A stretch of DNA of 56,182 bases from a virus (Duplodnaviria > Caudoviricetes): IMG/VR virus record IMGVR_UViG_3300024265_000058, positions 1-56,182 of that record; one strand, written 5' to 3'. Positions 24,846 to 35,382 of this stretch are shown piece by piece (the first letter of the stretch is position 1; every line of letters begins with the position of its first letter). The notes under the pieces are model-generated. The model worked only from the letters and a program-made list of their open reading frames with translations, was not told the DNA's origin and searched no databases. Made by a program: the position numbers and the translations under genes.

Positions 24846-25442
24846 ATGGCCGCGACAGCAGCAGCAACCAAGAAAAAGACAGGCTCGAAATCCAAGCCGG
24901 CACCTATACCGGCGGGCGAAGTACAGTCACAGGTAATCAGCCCCGAGCTGGAGACAATACCGGAAGTCAAGGACGCGCCGGCCAAAAAGCAACTACTCGA
25001 CAAACCCCTCGATATCAGGGCCAAGGCAGTAAACGTGGCCCGGATCGGCCTGCTGGAGCAGGCGCGCAATACGTGGCTGGTGAATGTCGATATGGACACG
25101 ACGCCCGAGCATTGCCTCGATGGGTCGTTCTGGGAGCACGTAGCCAAGATGATGCAGCCCGGTGACAACATCCACGTATTACCGGATGATATGTCGTGGG
25201 AGCTGGTACTCCACGTAGCCGGTCAGGAGCCTCTGTTCCTGCATGTCGTTGAAAAGCAGCGCTACGCGCTGGTGCCGGCGACCGCCCCAGTCATCATACC
25301 CTCGAGGTATAAAGTCCAGTTCGCAGGCGCGCACCACAAATGGCGCGTACTCAGGGATGACAAGCCACTCAAGGATGGATTTGCAACTGCCGATCTTGCT
25401 CGGCGCTATGCCGCTAATCACCAAGCAGCGGTAGCACGGTAG
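24846..25442 (+). CDS. Hypothetical protein
   Basis: SD GGAGA; FWEHVAK...PGD.I, KWRV.R..K.LKDGF motifs. Confidence 0.75.
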   Translation: MAATAAATKKKTGSKSKPAPIPAGEVQSQVISPELETIPEVKDAPAKKQLLDKPLDIRAKAVNVARIGLLEQARNTWLVNVDMDTTPEHCLDGSFWEHVAKMMQPGDNIHVLPDDMSWELVLHVAGQEPLFLHVVEKQRYALVPATAPVIIPSRYKVQFAGAHHKWRVLRDDKPLKDGFATADLARRYAANHQAAVAR

Positions 25443-25493
25443 CCGATCAAGGAATGAACACAGGCGCAGGGATGCGCCGGCCTGGAGGCCGAT

Positions 25494-26132
25494 ATGACGG
25501 ATAAGCTATCGATTTACAACGGGGCGCTTAACATCATTGGCGAGCGCCGGCTGGCGAACGTGACCGAGAATCGCGAGTCACGGTTCAAGCTGGATGACAT
25601 TTTCGACAACGATTTCAAAAACCGGATTCTGCAGATGGGGCAGTGGAATTTCGCCGCTCGCTCGGTAAAGATTCCGGCATCCACCACTGTCACGCCGACC
25701 TTCGGCTTTGAGTTTGCATTTCCCAAGCCGGATGATTTCGTGCGCACCATGCGCATCGCGTTTGACGATTTTTTCAAGCAACCGATCACACGCTACAACG
25801 ACGAATCTCAATTCTGGTTCATGAATGAGGAGGAGATTTTCGTCCAGTACGTCTCCAATGACATCCAGTTCGGCGGTGACTTCTCGCTGTGGCCCTTCAA
25901 TTTCACCGAGATGGCCGAGCACTATCTGGCCTACAAGGTGGCGCCGCGGCTGACCGGGCTCGACCTGACGGCCACGGAATTGCTCGGCAAGTGGAAAATG
26001 GCACTCAGGGAAGCCAAGGCGGTCGATGGCATGGAGGCGCCGGCAAGATGGGCACCGCAGGGCGCATGGGCCAGCTCACGGCAGGGCTTCCGCTCTGGCG
26101 AACGGGGCAAACGCACTCAACTGATAGGCTGA
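25494..26132 (+). CDS. Tail tubular protein A / adaptor (T7 gp11-like)
   Basis: I.NGAL..IG, WNFA, F.FAF.KP.DFVR, YVS, F.E...LA motifs; synteny. Confidence 0.85.
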   Translation: MTDKLSIYNGALNIIGERRLANVTENRESRFKLDDIFDNDFKNRILQMGQWNFAARSVKIPASTTVTPTFGFEFAFPKPDDFVRTMRIAFDDFFKQPITRYNDESQFWFMNEEEIFVQYVSNDIQFGGDFSLWPFNFTEMAEHYLAYKVAPRLTGLDLTATELLGKWKMALREAKAVDGMEAPARWAPQGAWASSRQGFRSGERGKRTQLIG

Positions 26133-26136
26133 TCTG

Positions 26137-28851
26137 GTGGCCTTTCAAGATAAAAAAATGCTGGCCTTCAATCGGGGGGTCATCTCCAAGATAGGCCTTG
26201 CGCGGATCGATCTCGACCGCATGGGCATGTCGGCCGAGCGGCAATCGAATTTCATGCCGCGGGTACTGGGCTCGATGATGCTCAGGCCGGGGCTCGAGTA
26301 CATCGATAACGTCGCCTCTGACGCCAATTTCACCCGCAATCTGCCCTTTACCTTCGGTGTCGATGACAATGTGCTGATCGAGATGGGCAACGGCAGCATC
26401 CAGTTCCGCGTGGATGACGAGCTGATCGTCAAGCCCACGGTCACGGCTGTCATTGCGAATGATCTTTTCACGGCGGTAGTGCCGGATGCCAACTGGCTCG
26501 ACGGCTCAGGTGCCGGCGGCACCGCGTCGTGGGATGCTTCCGGCAAGGCCCTGGTCAAGGGCGACGGTACGGACTTCGGCATTTTGCGCCAGACCGTGAC
26601 GCTCAACGAATCCGGCGTCGAGCATTTCGTCAATATCAATGTCGATGTCGGCCCGGTCAGGTTCAAGATCGGCTCGGCGTCTGGCCTCGATGACTACGTG
26701 CAGGAGACGCGGCTCGGGCAGGGCCAGAATTTCCTTGCCTTCACGCCAACAACGGATTTCACCGTCGAGATCGCCAATGAGCGGGAATTCTTTGCGGTGG
26801 TTGACCTGTGTCAGGTCAGCGCGGCGGGCACCCTGCTACTGGTGACGCCGTACACTTCGGCCGATCTGCCGCTGCTGCGGTGGGCGCAGTCAGGCGATAT
26901 CATCTACATTGCCGGCGGCGCCTTCGGGGAAAATATGTTTAAGCTCGAGCGCCGCGGCACTGGTCGCTCATGGAGTTTCGTGCTGTACCTGTCCGAGGAT
27001 GGGCCATTCAGGATTCAGAATGTCTCGGGTGTCACGATCACACCCTCGGCCATCAACGGCGATATCACGCTGACCGCCAGTGAGTCGATTTTCAGAAATG
27101 AGCATGTCACCGGACGCTCCCTGTGGCGCATTGCCTCGACCGGTCAGGTCGTCACCAAGGCGATCTCGAGCGAGGATGATTTCACCGATGAGATTCGCGT
27201 TACCGGCAGCGGGGATGCGCGGCAATTCAGCATCTTTGTCGAGGGCACGTTCGATGCAACTGTCAATCTGCAGTTTGCCTTTGATGCTGGTGGCCCGTGG
27301 AATGACCAGGGGCTCAGCTTTACCACGCCGACATCGACCACGTTCAACGATCAGCAGGATGGCTCGATCATTTTCTACCGCATTGGCGTCAAGACTGGCG
27401 ATTATGTATCCGGCACCGTGACCTGCACCCTGAGCTTCCAAGGTGGCTCGATTGAGGGCATCGCGAGAGCAAACGGCTTCCAAAGCGCGACGGTGCTCGA
27501 TGCCATCGTATTGAAGGATTTCGGCGCCATCACCGCCAGCAAGGACTGGTCGGAGGGCGAGTGGTCAGATTTCCGCGGCTTCCCCAGTGCCGTCGATCTG
27601 TTTGAGGCCCGCCTGTTCTGGGCCGGCAATGACAAAATCTGGGGCTCTATCGTGGATGCTTTCGAGTCCTTCGATGACACTTTCGAGGGCGATGCAGGAC
27701 CCATATCGCGCTCGGTCGGCTTTGGTCCGATCCGTGTGATCCATTGGCTCAAGAGCCTCGGCCGGCTGATGTTCGGTACGTCCGAGAATTCAGCACAGGT
27801 CGATGCTGCCAAGATGGATGGCAACAGTGTCCTCGGCGCCCGCTCGAATTCATTCGAGGAGCCGCTGACACCGTTTAATTTCAACATCAAAACCGCGTCC
27901 TCGAGGGCGGTATTCGTGGATCGCACTGAGCAACGCCTGTACGAGCTGCTCTACGATCTCGACCAGCAGGACTACCGCTCGATGGACCTGAGCGTGTTCG
28001 CGCCTGATTTCAACGAGGCCGGCATTACGCAGATCGCGGTGCAGATGAAACCGGATATCCGGGTGCATTGCGTCAGGACTGATGGCACCGTGGGCGTACT
28101 GGTGTATGACCGGCTCGAGAATGTGATCGCCTGGGTCGATGTTGAATCACCGGGGGCTGACGGCACTATCGAGGATGTGGCAGTGCTTCCGGGCACGGTC
28201 GAGGATCAGGTCTACTACATCGTCAAGCGCACCATCGATGGCGGCACCGAGCGTCACATCCAGAAGTGGGCGCTCGAGCGTGAGGCCCGCGGTGAGGCGC
28301 TCAGCAAGATTGCTGATGATTTCGCGGTCTACACCGGGCCGGCGACCTCGCTGCCATTCCAAGGCCCGCTGTCACACATCGTCGGTGAGACGGTGGTGGT
28401 GTGGTCTGATGGCGAGGATATCGGGACCTACGTTGTGGATGCTCCGGGGCATCTGGATATCTCACCCCTGACGACAACGAATTGTGTCGCCGGCCTTGCC
28501 TACACGGCGCAGTTCAAGTCAGCGAAACTGGGCGAGCTGCAGGGTATTGGCCTGCTCGAGCGCAAGAAGGTCACGCGACTGGGATTCATTGCCAAGTGGC
28601 TGCATTACCAAGGGCTGCAGTACGGGCCGACATTCAGCGAGCTGTACGATCTGCCGCTGGTGGAGGATGGCATGACCACGCCGGCTAACACGGTTTGGGA
28701 GGACTACCATGAGGATGATTTTTCCTTTGGTGGCGATTGGGATACGGATTCAAGAATATGCTTGCAAGCAGCAGCACCGAGGCCATGCACCCTGTTGGCG
28801 GCTTTAGCGGTCATGGAGTCAATCGAGAGGCAGAGCAACCGCCGCAGATAA
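26137..28851 (+). CDS. Tail tubular protein B / nozzle (T7 gp12-like)
   Basis: AFNRGVIS, NF.P...G....RPG, AQSGD, GFPS.V..FE.RL, AW, GL.Y motifs; 904 aa. Confidence 0.88.
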   Translation: MAFQDKKMLAFNRGVISKIGLARIDLDRMGMSAERQSNFMPRVLGSMMLRPGLEYIDNVASDANFTRNLPFTFGVDDNVLIEMGNGSIQFRVDDELIVKPTVTAVIANDLFTAVVPDANWLDGSGAGGTASWDASGKALVKGDGTDFGILRQTVTLNESGVEHFVNINVDVGPVRFKIGSASGLDDYVQETRLGQGQNFLAFTPTTDFTVEIANEREFFAVVDLCQVSAAGTLLLVTPYTSADLPLLRWAQSGDIIYIAGGAFGENMFKLERRGTGRSWSFVLYLSEDGPFRIQNVSGVTITPSAINGDITLTASESIFRNEHVTGRSLWRIASTGQVVTKAISSEDDFTDEIRVTGSGDARQFSIFVEGTFDATVNLQFAFDAGGPWNDQGLSFTTPTSTTFNDQQDGSIIFYRIGVKTGDYVSGTVTCTLSFQGGSIEGIARANGFQSATVLDAIVLKDFGAITASKDWSEGEWSDFRGFPSAVDLFEARLFWAGNDKIWGSIVDAFESFDDTFEGDAGPISRSVGFGPIRVIHWLKSLGRLMFGTSENSAQVDAAKMDGNSVLGARSNSFEEPLTPFNFNIKTASSRAVFVDRTEQRLYELLYDLDQQDYRSMDLSVFAPDFNEAGITQIAVQMKPDIRVHCVRTDGTVGVLVYDRLENVIAWVDVESPGADGTIEDVAVLPGTVEDQVYYIVKRTIDGGTERHIQKWALEREARGEALSKIADDFAVYTGPATSLPFQGPLSHIVGETVVVWSDGEDIGTYVVDAPGHLDISPLTTTNCVAGLAYTAQFKSAKLGELQGIGLLERKKVTRLGFIAKWLHYQGLQYGPTFSELYDLPLVEDGMTTPANTVWEDYHEDDFSFGGDWDTDSRICLQAAAPRPCTLLAALAVMESIERQSNRRR

Positions 28852-29192
28852 CAACACGGCAGGCTACACGGCTCGATCTCGAGATTTTTTATGGCGGCCC
28901 GCAAGCCGGCTCTATGCGGGCATTTGTCGCGGAAATGGACGGCGAGCTGGTCGGCATCGTCGGCGTAGTGCGCGAGCGAAATTACGGCAAGTATTTCTGC
29001 GATTTCAAGCCTGAGTTGCAGCCGCACCTGAGAAGTATCACTATAATGCGCGCAGTCAAGGCCTCGCTCAGGCTCGCTGACGAGTACCGTGGCCCGCTGA
29101 TCGCGGTTGCTGACGATGCCGAGAGCTGCAGGCTGCTGAATAGGCTTGGGTTCACTCACATACAGGGAGCGTTATACGGATGGCTCAATTAG
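28737..29192 (+). CDS. GNAT-like protein in the T7 gp13 position (start uncertain)
   Basis: DGELVGIVG...RLLNRLGF; located after the nozzle gene. Confidence 0.6.
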   Translation: MGYGFKNMLASSSTEAMHPVGGFSGHGVNREAEQPPQITTRQATRLDLEIFYGGPQAGSMRAFVAEMDGELVGIVGVVRERNYGKYFCDFKPELQPHLRSITIMRAVKASLRLADEYRGPLIAVADDAESCRLLNRLGFTHIQGALYGWLN

Positions 29193-29704
29193 CGGTAGCG
29201 GCTGTCATGTTTCTGGGCTCGGCCTACAAGGGTGCGCAGGCCAAGAAGCTCAAGGACAAAGAGGCGCTCGCCTACGAGGATGCGCGTGATCGCCGCATGG
29301 CGGCAGCCACTCGCGAGGTAGCCGAGGAGAAGCGCAAGAAGGAATTCATGTACTCCCGAGCGCTGGCGGTCGCTGGCGCGCAATCGGGCAACACATCCGA
29401 TCCGGGCATTACCACGCTCTTGGCCGATCTTAATGCGGAGGGCGAATACCGCATGATGTCGGTGCTGTGGACTGGCCAGAATGAGGCCGAGGGCCTCAGT
29501 TTCCGGGCAGAAGCGGCTCGCCGTGAGGGCGAGTCAGCCTACGAGGCCGGCATTATCAACGGCATCACCAGTGCTGTCTCGGGCTACATGGGCATGGGCG
29601 GCTTTGGTGGGGGTTCTGTTCCCCAAGGCGCCTCGGTCACTGGCGGCGGTGGCGCTACGATCCCCAGACCATCAGGCTTTGAAGCCTCGCGGTGGGGTTT
29701 CTGA
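29180..29704 (+). CDS. Internal virion / ejection protein (gp14-like)
   Basis: Hydrophobic N-terminus, A/G-rich, SG...DP motif; synteny. Confidence 0.65.
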   Translation: MAQLAVAAVMFLGSAYKGAQAKKLKDKEALAYEDARDRRMAAATREVAEEKRKKEFMYSRALAVAGAQSGNTSDPGITTLLADLNAEGEYRMMSVLWTGQNEAEGLSFRAEAARREGESAYEAGIINGITSAVSGYMGMGGFGGGSVPQGASVTGGGGATIPRPSGFEASRWGF

Positions 29705-31599
29705 TGGCCACTATCCCGCAAGTAATTGATTACGGCTCCAGACCATCGCTGAGATCAAGCCGCGTCGATATACCGGGGCAGGGCGAGCTGGCGACCGCTG
29801 ACGCCATCGAACGTGCCGCCAATACCTTCGGCCAGGTCATGGTCGAGCGTAAGGTCAAGCAGGACCGTTTCAATTACTCGATGGCCAAGCAGGAGTTTCT
29901 GACTGCCGATCTGGCGCAGCGTGAGGCGCTCAAGGATGACCGGGACTATGAAAGTTTCGATGAGAAGTACCGCACCGGGCTCGGCGCCGACCGTGATCGG
30001 ATCACAGAAAAGTACCGACTGACGCCGCATGACCGGGCCATATTCGATGCCGAGGCAGACCTGATCCGCGAACGCGGCGCGGCCGGCGTGGGCGAGTTCG
30101 GTCGCAAGATCGAGATTGACGACAAGCTGGCCAAGCTGGATGCCTCGCTGGCAATGGCTCGCGAGAAAATACAACTGGCAGACCCGATGACCCGCAACGA
30201 TATCCTGCTGACGACGCTGGATTCGATCACCGCGCTCGAGGATGAGCTGCTGCTGACCGACAAAGAGGCCGAGGCCAAGCGGCAGGAGTTTGTGCAGGAT
30301 GTGGCGCTTGCTTCGCTGACCTCGATGGACCCGGAGGAGCGCGAGAAGGTGCTCGAGGCCTCGCTGGCGGGCCGCAAGGCCGGCGGCGCGCTATCGCCCG
30401 ATGATATCCGTGCCAACAAGGGCACCGGATCGATTGCCGATTTCCTGCACACCGACACCGCAACCAAGCTCTTGAAGGCAACCAAGAAGGAAAACGAGCT
30501 CGACCACACGCAGCGAGATGCCTACGCCGTCGATGATGCGGCATGGTCGATATTCCCGGAGCTGGAGAATAACGCCGACCGCGAGGAGTGGATTCGCCAG
30601 CAGACCAAGGACGATCCGAAGGTCCGCAAGGCGGCACTGGAGGCCAATCGTTTGCGGCAGAATGGAGCGATTCAGGGCGAGGCACTTAACCATCAGGCGC
30701 TTATGGATCAGGGCGAGTCCATGATGGATGCGGGCGAAACGTACACCGGCCTGCCGTCAGACCTGAAATCGAAGCTCACCGATGCCGAAAACAAAAGGCT
30801 GCGGGAATACGGCCAGACCACCGCCGAAAACAGGGGATTCGCTGACGATAATGACTGGGATGCGCAGGAGCTCTGGTCCGATATGTCACAGGCTGAGCGC
30901 GCAGCGACCGATCTGAATGGCTTCTTGCCGCTCGATCCGAATAATCCGGGTCAGGAGCAGGTCAAGTGGAAAATGCTATTCACGCGGGCTCGAATGGACC
31001 TGATGCAGCGCCAGAAGGCAGCAGCCGAGCAAGGCATCGCGGCCGGCAGCGTCGAGCCTGGGCTCACCCAGACACAGGCGCTCGAGAATTACCTGCTGTC
31101 CACGCCGTACTTCGATCACAGGCCGACTGCCACCAGCGACAAGGAGTATCAGGATCGCTGGAGCCGGATTTTCAACGCCTATGATCGGGCCGTCATCAAT
31201 GAGGGCGTAGACCAAAAGCTGACGCCGACACGGCGCCGCGAGATCATCGAGGAGGTCATGCGATTCGAGGTATTCGTGGCCAAGGACTGGGCCACCGATA
31301 AGAAATTCCCGCTGGCGGCACTGTCCGATGAGCAGACCAAGAATGCCTACATCCCGCTCGATGAGCCGCTCGGGCCCAACAAGCAGACCGCCTACACCAC
31401 CATGATTAAGATACCGCCGACCGAAACAGGTCCGGGGTATTCAGGCAACGCATATACGTGGCTGGTGAACACCGGTAGGGCACTCGATAAAAACAATGAA
31501 ATCCCGGATGAGGAGCTGCTCGAGCAAGCGTATTTCTATCTGGTCACTGACGGCGTCGATGCCGCCACAAGGCAGCTCGCATCACCTGAGAGTTACTGA
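29704..31599 (+). CDS. Internal virion / ejection protein (gp15-like)
   Basis: MATIP start; helical 631 aa; synteny. Confidence 0.65.
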   Translation: MATIPQVIDYGSRPSLRSSRVDIPGQGELATADAIERAANTFGQVMVERKVKQDRFNYSMAKQEFLTADLAQREALKDDRDYESFDEKYRTGLGADRDRITEKYRLTPHDRAIFDAEADLIRERGAAGVGEFGRKIEIDDKLAKLDASLAMAREKIQLADPMTRNDILLTTLDSITALEDELLLTDKEAEAKRQEFVQDVALASLTSMDPEEREKVLEASLAGRKAGGALSPDDIRANKGTGSIADFLHTDTATKLLKATKKENELDHTQRDAYAVDDAAWSIFPELENNADREEWIRQQTKDDPKVRKAALEANRLRQNGAIQGEALNHQALMDQGESMMDAGETYTGLPSDLKSKLTDAENKRLREYGQTTAENRGFADDNDWDAQELWSDMSQAERAATDLNGFLPLDPNNPGQEQVKWKMLFTRARMDLMQRQKAAAEQGIAAGSVEPGLTQTQALENYLLSTPYFDHRPTATSDKEYQDRWSRIFNAYDRAVINEGVDQKLTPTRRREIIEEVMRFEVFVAKDWATDKKFPLAALSDEQTKNAYIPLDEPLGPNKQTAYTTMIKIPPTETGPGYSGNAYTWLVNTGRALDKNNEIPDEELLEQAYFYLVTDGVDAATRQLASPESY

Positions 31600-34073
31600 T
31601 GGCCGAGCTCACAGAATACGAGAAGCTGCAGCAGAATTTTCAGGAGGACATGCGGCTCACGGTGGGCTCGGATGTAGCGCCCGATCCAGAACGCGCAACA
31701 AGGGTGCTGAATGTCGGTTCGCACACCGGCATGCCCTACGACCTGATCGATGCGAACCTCGATGAGCTCGAGCGCGAGGTCCAGCGCGGTGGATTCAGCG
31801 CAGACCAGTGGATGCGGGAAAGCCCGAAATTCGCTGAGTTTGCGGCCGAAAACCCCTATCACATGGCGGTACTCAAGCAGGACGAGGAGAATTTAACCAA
31901 GTGGGAGCGGGCGTGGAATCCGATCAGCATGGGCTGGCAGTCCACCTGGGCGCAGGTCGAATCCTCGAGAATCAATTCGCGCCGTGCGCACGGCGATTTT
32001 CGCGAGGGCGACGAGGACAAGCTCGCCACCTACGAGAAGTTGCTGCAGCCGCACGATTTCGGGGCCACGTTTACACCGCATAAGTGGCTGGTGTGGACCG
32101 CCAAGAATCTGGGACCAATGCTCTACACCATAGGGCAGGCCGGCGATGAGGGCATGTTGGGCCTCGGTATGGGGGTGACGCTCGGCGGCACCCTCGGGCT
32201 TAGTGCCGGCGGTGTTGGTCTGGCTCCGGGAATGGTTCTCGGCGGCACTATCGGCATGAGTGTCGGCTTTAAGACCGGCCTTGCAATGGGCTCCTACGAG
32301 CTCCTGACCGGCGAGGCCTATGGTCGCTACATCGATGCTGGATTCACACATGAGAATGCCGCCATTGCTGCCAAGTCTGCCGCCGCTGTTGGTGCAGGCC
32401 TTGAGGCCTTCGGCATCAATATGTTTCTCAAATACATACCCGGTGCCGGCCGCGTAACGAGCAATGCAGCCGCCTCGGTGGCTGAAAAGCTCACCGGCGA
32501 TGTGCTGGCCAGACAAACGGTAAAAGGCGCATTCGGCAATGTGGTGGCACGATACGGCCTGCTGCAGGGCACTGAGATTTCGACTGAGGTTTTGCAGGAT
32601 TCGGCCATGACGGTAGCCCAGAACATACTGGCGTCGGCCGAGAATAAGCCTGAGCTCAGAGTTTCGTGGGAAGATTACAAGGATCAGGTAGCCGAGACGG
32701 TTGTGGAAACCGCCAAGGCGGTGGTACTGATCTCAGCCCTTGGCCCGACCATGGCGGCGCCGGGTGACATCAGGCGAGCGCGCAACGCACAGCAGATGCG
32801 TGAGGTCTATCTGGCGCTTGGTGAGGCCTCGAGCGATTCCGAGCTCAGGAAAAATGTGCCTGCGAAATACAAGGAATTCGTGGAACGGCAAACCAAGGAT
32901 GGCCCGGTCGAGCATCTGCTGATCGACGTTGACCGATTCAGCGAGTATTTCCAAGAAGTTGGGCAGAATCCCGACAAGATCGCCGCCGATATGGGTATCA
33001 ATCTCGAGGAGGCCCGAGCCATCGGCACCGATCTCGAGATACCGGTAGCGGAATACGCCGAGAAAATAGCGCCCACGATCCACCATGAGCCGCTATCGCG
33101 TGATCTCAAGTCGGATGCGGGCCAGATGAGCGCCCGCGAGGCTGAAATCTGGTATGGCAATGCCGATGAGCTCGCCAAGGCGATGTTTGACGAGGAGCCG
33201 CCGCCTGACCATGAGGCGGTGCAGGCGATCCTCGATACCGTGCGTGACCAGCTCGTTGAGGCTGGCACCGAATTCACCGCCGCCGAAAAGCAGGCAGCAC
33301 TCACCGAGCATGCCTTTTCGGTGCTGGCCAAGCGCAACGGCATGGAGCCGCAGGAGTTATTCGATAAATACTGGGGTGGGGTGCAGCGCGATGTACCGGG
33401 CATCCTGCAAAAGGCTGATATAGATATCTTTGTCGATCCGCTGATCGACCGGCTGCGCACCGGCGATGTGCCGTCGCAGCGCGATATCTTTGGCGATTCG
33501 CTCAGTGATTTCCTGAAAACCAAGGGCGGCCTGATCGATCAGGGTGGTGAGCTGGCGGCCCGCGATGTGGCTACGGAGATCAAGGGCCTGATTAAAGAGG
33601 GCGGCCTGACGTTCGATGCGGCAGCCGAGCTCGCGTTTGAGGCGGGGTTTCTGGCTGAATTCGATACCGACCAGCTACTCGAGGCACTCGATCAGGAGCT
33701 CCGTGGCGATCCGGTATTCGGCCGCGGTGCGGACCCTGAGCAGGCAGCCCTGGCCAAGAACCTCGAGGACTTGGGTGATCTGATCGACCAGCTCGGGCTC
33801 GATCTGGAGAAAATGACGAATCCCGAGATTCGCGCTGCGCTGACTGGCGAGCTCATGCTCACTCAGGATCAGAGTATCGAGATTCCCGGCGTGTTGCCTG
33901 ACAACATCGAGCTGGTACAGGATTTCACTGGTATCACGATCACCGAGGACGTAGGCATAGCTGGCCGTCCGGGCGATTTTGTGGGAATATCGCGGCCAGC
34001 GCAGACATCGTTTGACAGCGCCGCCACGCGGTTGCGGTCAATGCAGGATCTTTTGGAGTGTGTCAATGGCTGA
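31599..34073 (+). CDS. Large ejection protein, N-terminal-type half with Gly-rich membrane segment
   Basis: GLGMGVTLGGTLGLSAGG segment, E..TEVLQ, ID..RF..YFQ...DLEIP..EY; 824 aa. Confidence 0.7.
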   Translation: MAELTEYEKLQQNFQEDMRLTVGSDVAPDPERATRVLNVGSHTGMPYDLIDANLDELEREVQRGGFSADQWMRESPKFAEFAAENPYHMAVLKQDEENLTKWERAWNPISMGWQSTWAQVESSRINSRRAHGDFREGDEDKLATYEKLLQPHDFGATFTPHKWLVWTAKNLGPMLYTIGQAGDEGMLGLGMGVTLGGTLGLSAGGVGLAPGMVLGGTIGMSVGFKTGLAMGSYELLTGEAYGRYIDAGFTHENAAIAAKSAAAVGAGLEAFGINMFLKYIPGAGRVTSNAAASVAEKLTGDVLARQTVKGAFGNVVARYGLLQGTEISTEVLQDSAMTVAQNILASAENKPELRVSWEDYKDQVAETVVETAKAVVLISALGPTMAAPGDIRRARNAQQMREVYLALGEASSDSELRKNVPAKYKEFVERQTKDGPVEHLLIDVDRFSEYFQEVGQNPDKIAADMGINLEEARAIGTDLEIPVAEYAEKIAPTIHHEPLSRDLKSDAGQMSAREAEIWYGNADELAKAMFDEEPPPDHEAVQAILDTVRDQLVEAGTEFTAAEKQAALTEHAFSVLAKRNGMEPQELFDKYWGGVQRDVPGILQKADIDIFVDPLIDRLRTGDVPSQRDIFGDSLSDFLKTKGGLIDQGGELAARDVATEIKGLIKEGGLTFDAAAELAFEAGFLAEFDTDQLLEALDQELRGDPVFGRGADPEQAALAKNLEDLGDLIDQLGLDLEKMTNPEIRAALTGELMLTQDQSIEIPGVLPDNIELVQDFTGITITEDVGIAGRPGDFVGISRPAQTSFDSAATRLRSMQDLLECVNG

Positions 34074-34479
34074 GATGACAGCAAGGGAAGTGCTTAAACT
34101 GGTCCTCGATGACGAGACTATTCCACTCGACAAAGCGCCACGATCCATTGATGGATTCGATCAGCTCCTCGAAAAAATGGACCGCCTGTGTGATGCGATC
34201 ACACATAGGAATAACGGCGAGGGCAGCATGGAGGGCGAGGAATATGGCGATAACGCCTCGCATACCGAGCTGATGACGGCCCTGACCGAGAATATTCAGG
34301 CACTCAGGGAGATTGCGCACACGCACCCGGAGCCTACCCAGAATGACGAAATGCAGAAACTCCTGCACATGATCGCCAAGAACACCATGCGGCGCGAGCG
34401 GTCGTGGGAGTTCGATATTCAGCGCGATAGGCGCACCGGGTTCACCGACAAAATCATTGCAAAACCAGTGGGGGCTTAG
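34066..34479 (+). CDS. Hypothetical protein
   Basis: SD GGAG; ends WEFDIQRD..TG...KIIAKP. Confidence 0.7.
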   Translation: MAEMTAREVLKLVLDDETIPLDKAPRSIDGFDQLLEKMDRLCDAITHRNNGEGSMEGEEYGDNASHTELMTALTENIQALREIAHTHPEPTQNDEMQKLLHMIAKNTMRRERSWEFDIQRDRRTGFTDKIIAKPVGA

Positions 34480-34668
34480 ATGGCCGAGCGAACAATCACA
34501 ATGGACGAGCTTGCGGCGATGCCCGAGGCTGAGCAGCAGGCGATACTGAAACATCCTGCGGTCAAGATGAAGGGCACCGCGGTCGTGCGCAAGGCTGACG
34601 GCACCATCAGGTACGATGAGGACGCTGAGCCCGGTAAATACCATGAAAAGGGAGATGGAGATGGCTGA
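34480..34668 (+). CDS. Hypothetical protein
   Basis: Abuts the upstream stop; VVRKADGTIR motif. Confidence 0.65.
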   Translation: MAERTITMDELAAMPEAEQQAILKHPAVKMKGTAVVRKADGTIRYDEDAEPGKYHEKGDGDG

Positions 34669-34990
34669 CGAGAAACTGAGCATCGAGGAGCTGCAGCAGA
34701 AGCAGACAGCCCTGCAGGAGTCTTTCGAGCATGAGCAGGGCAAGTTCCAAGCCGCTCGGACGAAATACGCCAATAAAAAGCAGGCGCTAACCGATTTCAA
34801 TAACAAGTACGGCCGGATGCTCAAGCTGGTGGTCGTGCAAGCGGAGCAGGCCGAGCACCTTGCGGAGGCCGAGGCCGAGCAGAAGGCTCAGGCCGAGGAG
34901 TCCACGCTAACAAAGACTGACGATGTTGAAGGCCCCGCAGTCGATGAAATTGTCAACGATCCACCTGTAGATGACACAGCCGAGGAGTAA
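34661..34990 (+). CDS. Coiled-coil acidic hypothetical protein
   Basis: Start MADEK after GGAGATGGAG. Confidence 0.65.
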   Translation: MADEKLSIEELQQKQTALQESFEHEQGKFQAARTKYANKKQALTDFNNKYGRMLKLVVVQAEQAEHLAEAEAEQKAQAEESTLTKTDDVEGPAVDEIVNDPPVDDTAEE

Positions 34991-34993
34991 GGG

Positions 34994-35368
34994 ATGGCTC
35001 TCACACTGGAAACAACGCTGCGGGATGACCTGGCGAACCAGATCGATGATTCCGTAAACACTGGCGGCGGCACCGCCAATATGAAGTTTGAGACTTCGAC
35101 CGATGTCGAAGTCGCGACCATCGATTTTCAGAATCCCGCTTTCGGCGCCGCAGCCACAGGCGTTATCACGCTGCAGGGTACGCCGCTCGAGGACAACAAT
35201 TCAGATGCCGGCACCATCGAGCATTTTTCCATCTATGCCCGGTCAGCCGCCAAGCTGCTCGAGGGCGTAGTCTTGGTCGCTGGCGGTGATATCAATATCA
35301 CATCGCTGGTGATCGCATCCGGGGATACCATTGAGCTGACTTCGTTCTCGATCACCGTCCCGGCCTAA
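34994..35368 (+). CDS. Putative virion structural protein
   Basis: R...A......G.A.....PAFGAA..G...AGT..HF...G.V...GGD...I..G....TSF.IT.PA. Confidence 0.7.
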   Translation: MALTLETTLRDDLANQIDDSVNTGGGTANMKFETSTDVEVATIDFQNPAFGAAATGVITLQGTPLEDNNSDAGTIEHFSIYARSAAKLLEGVVLVAGGDINITSLVIASGDTIELTSFSITVPA

Positions 35369-35382
35369 CATGAGGGCCAAGC

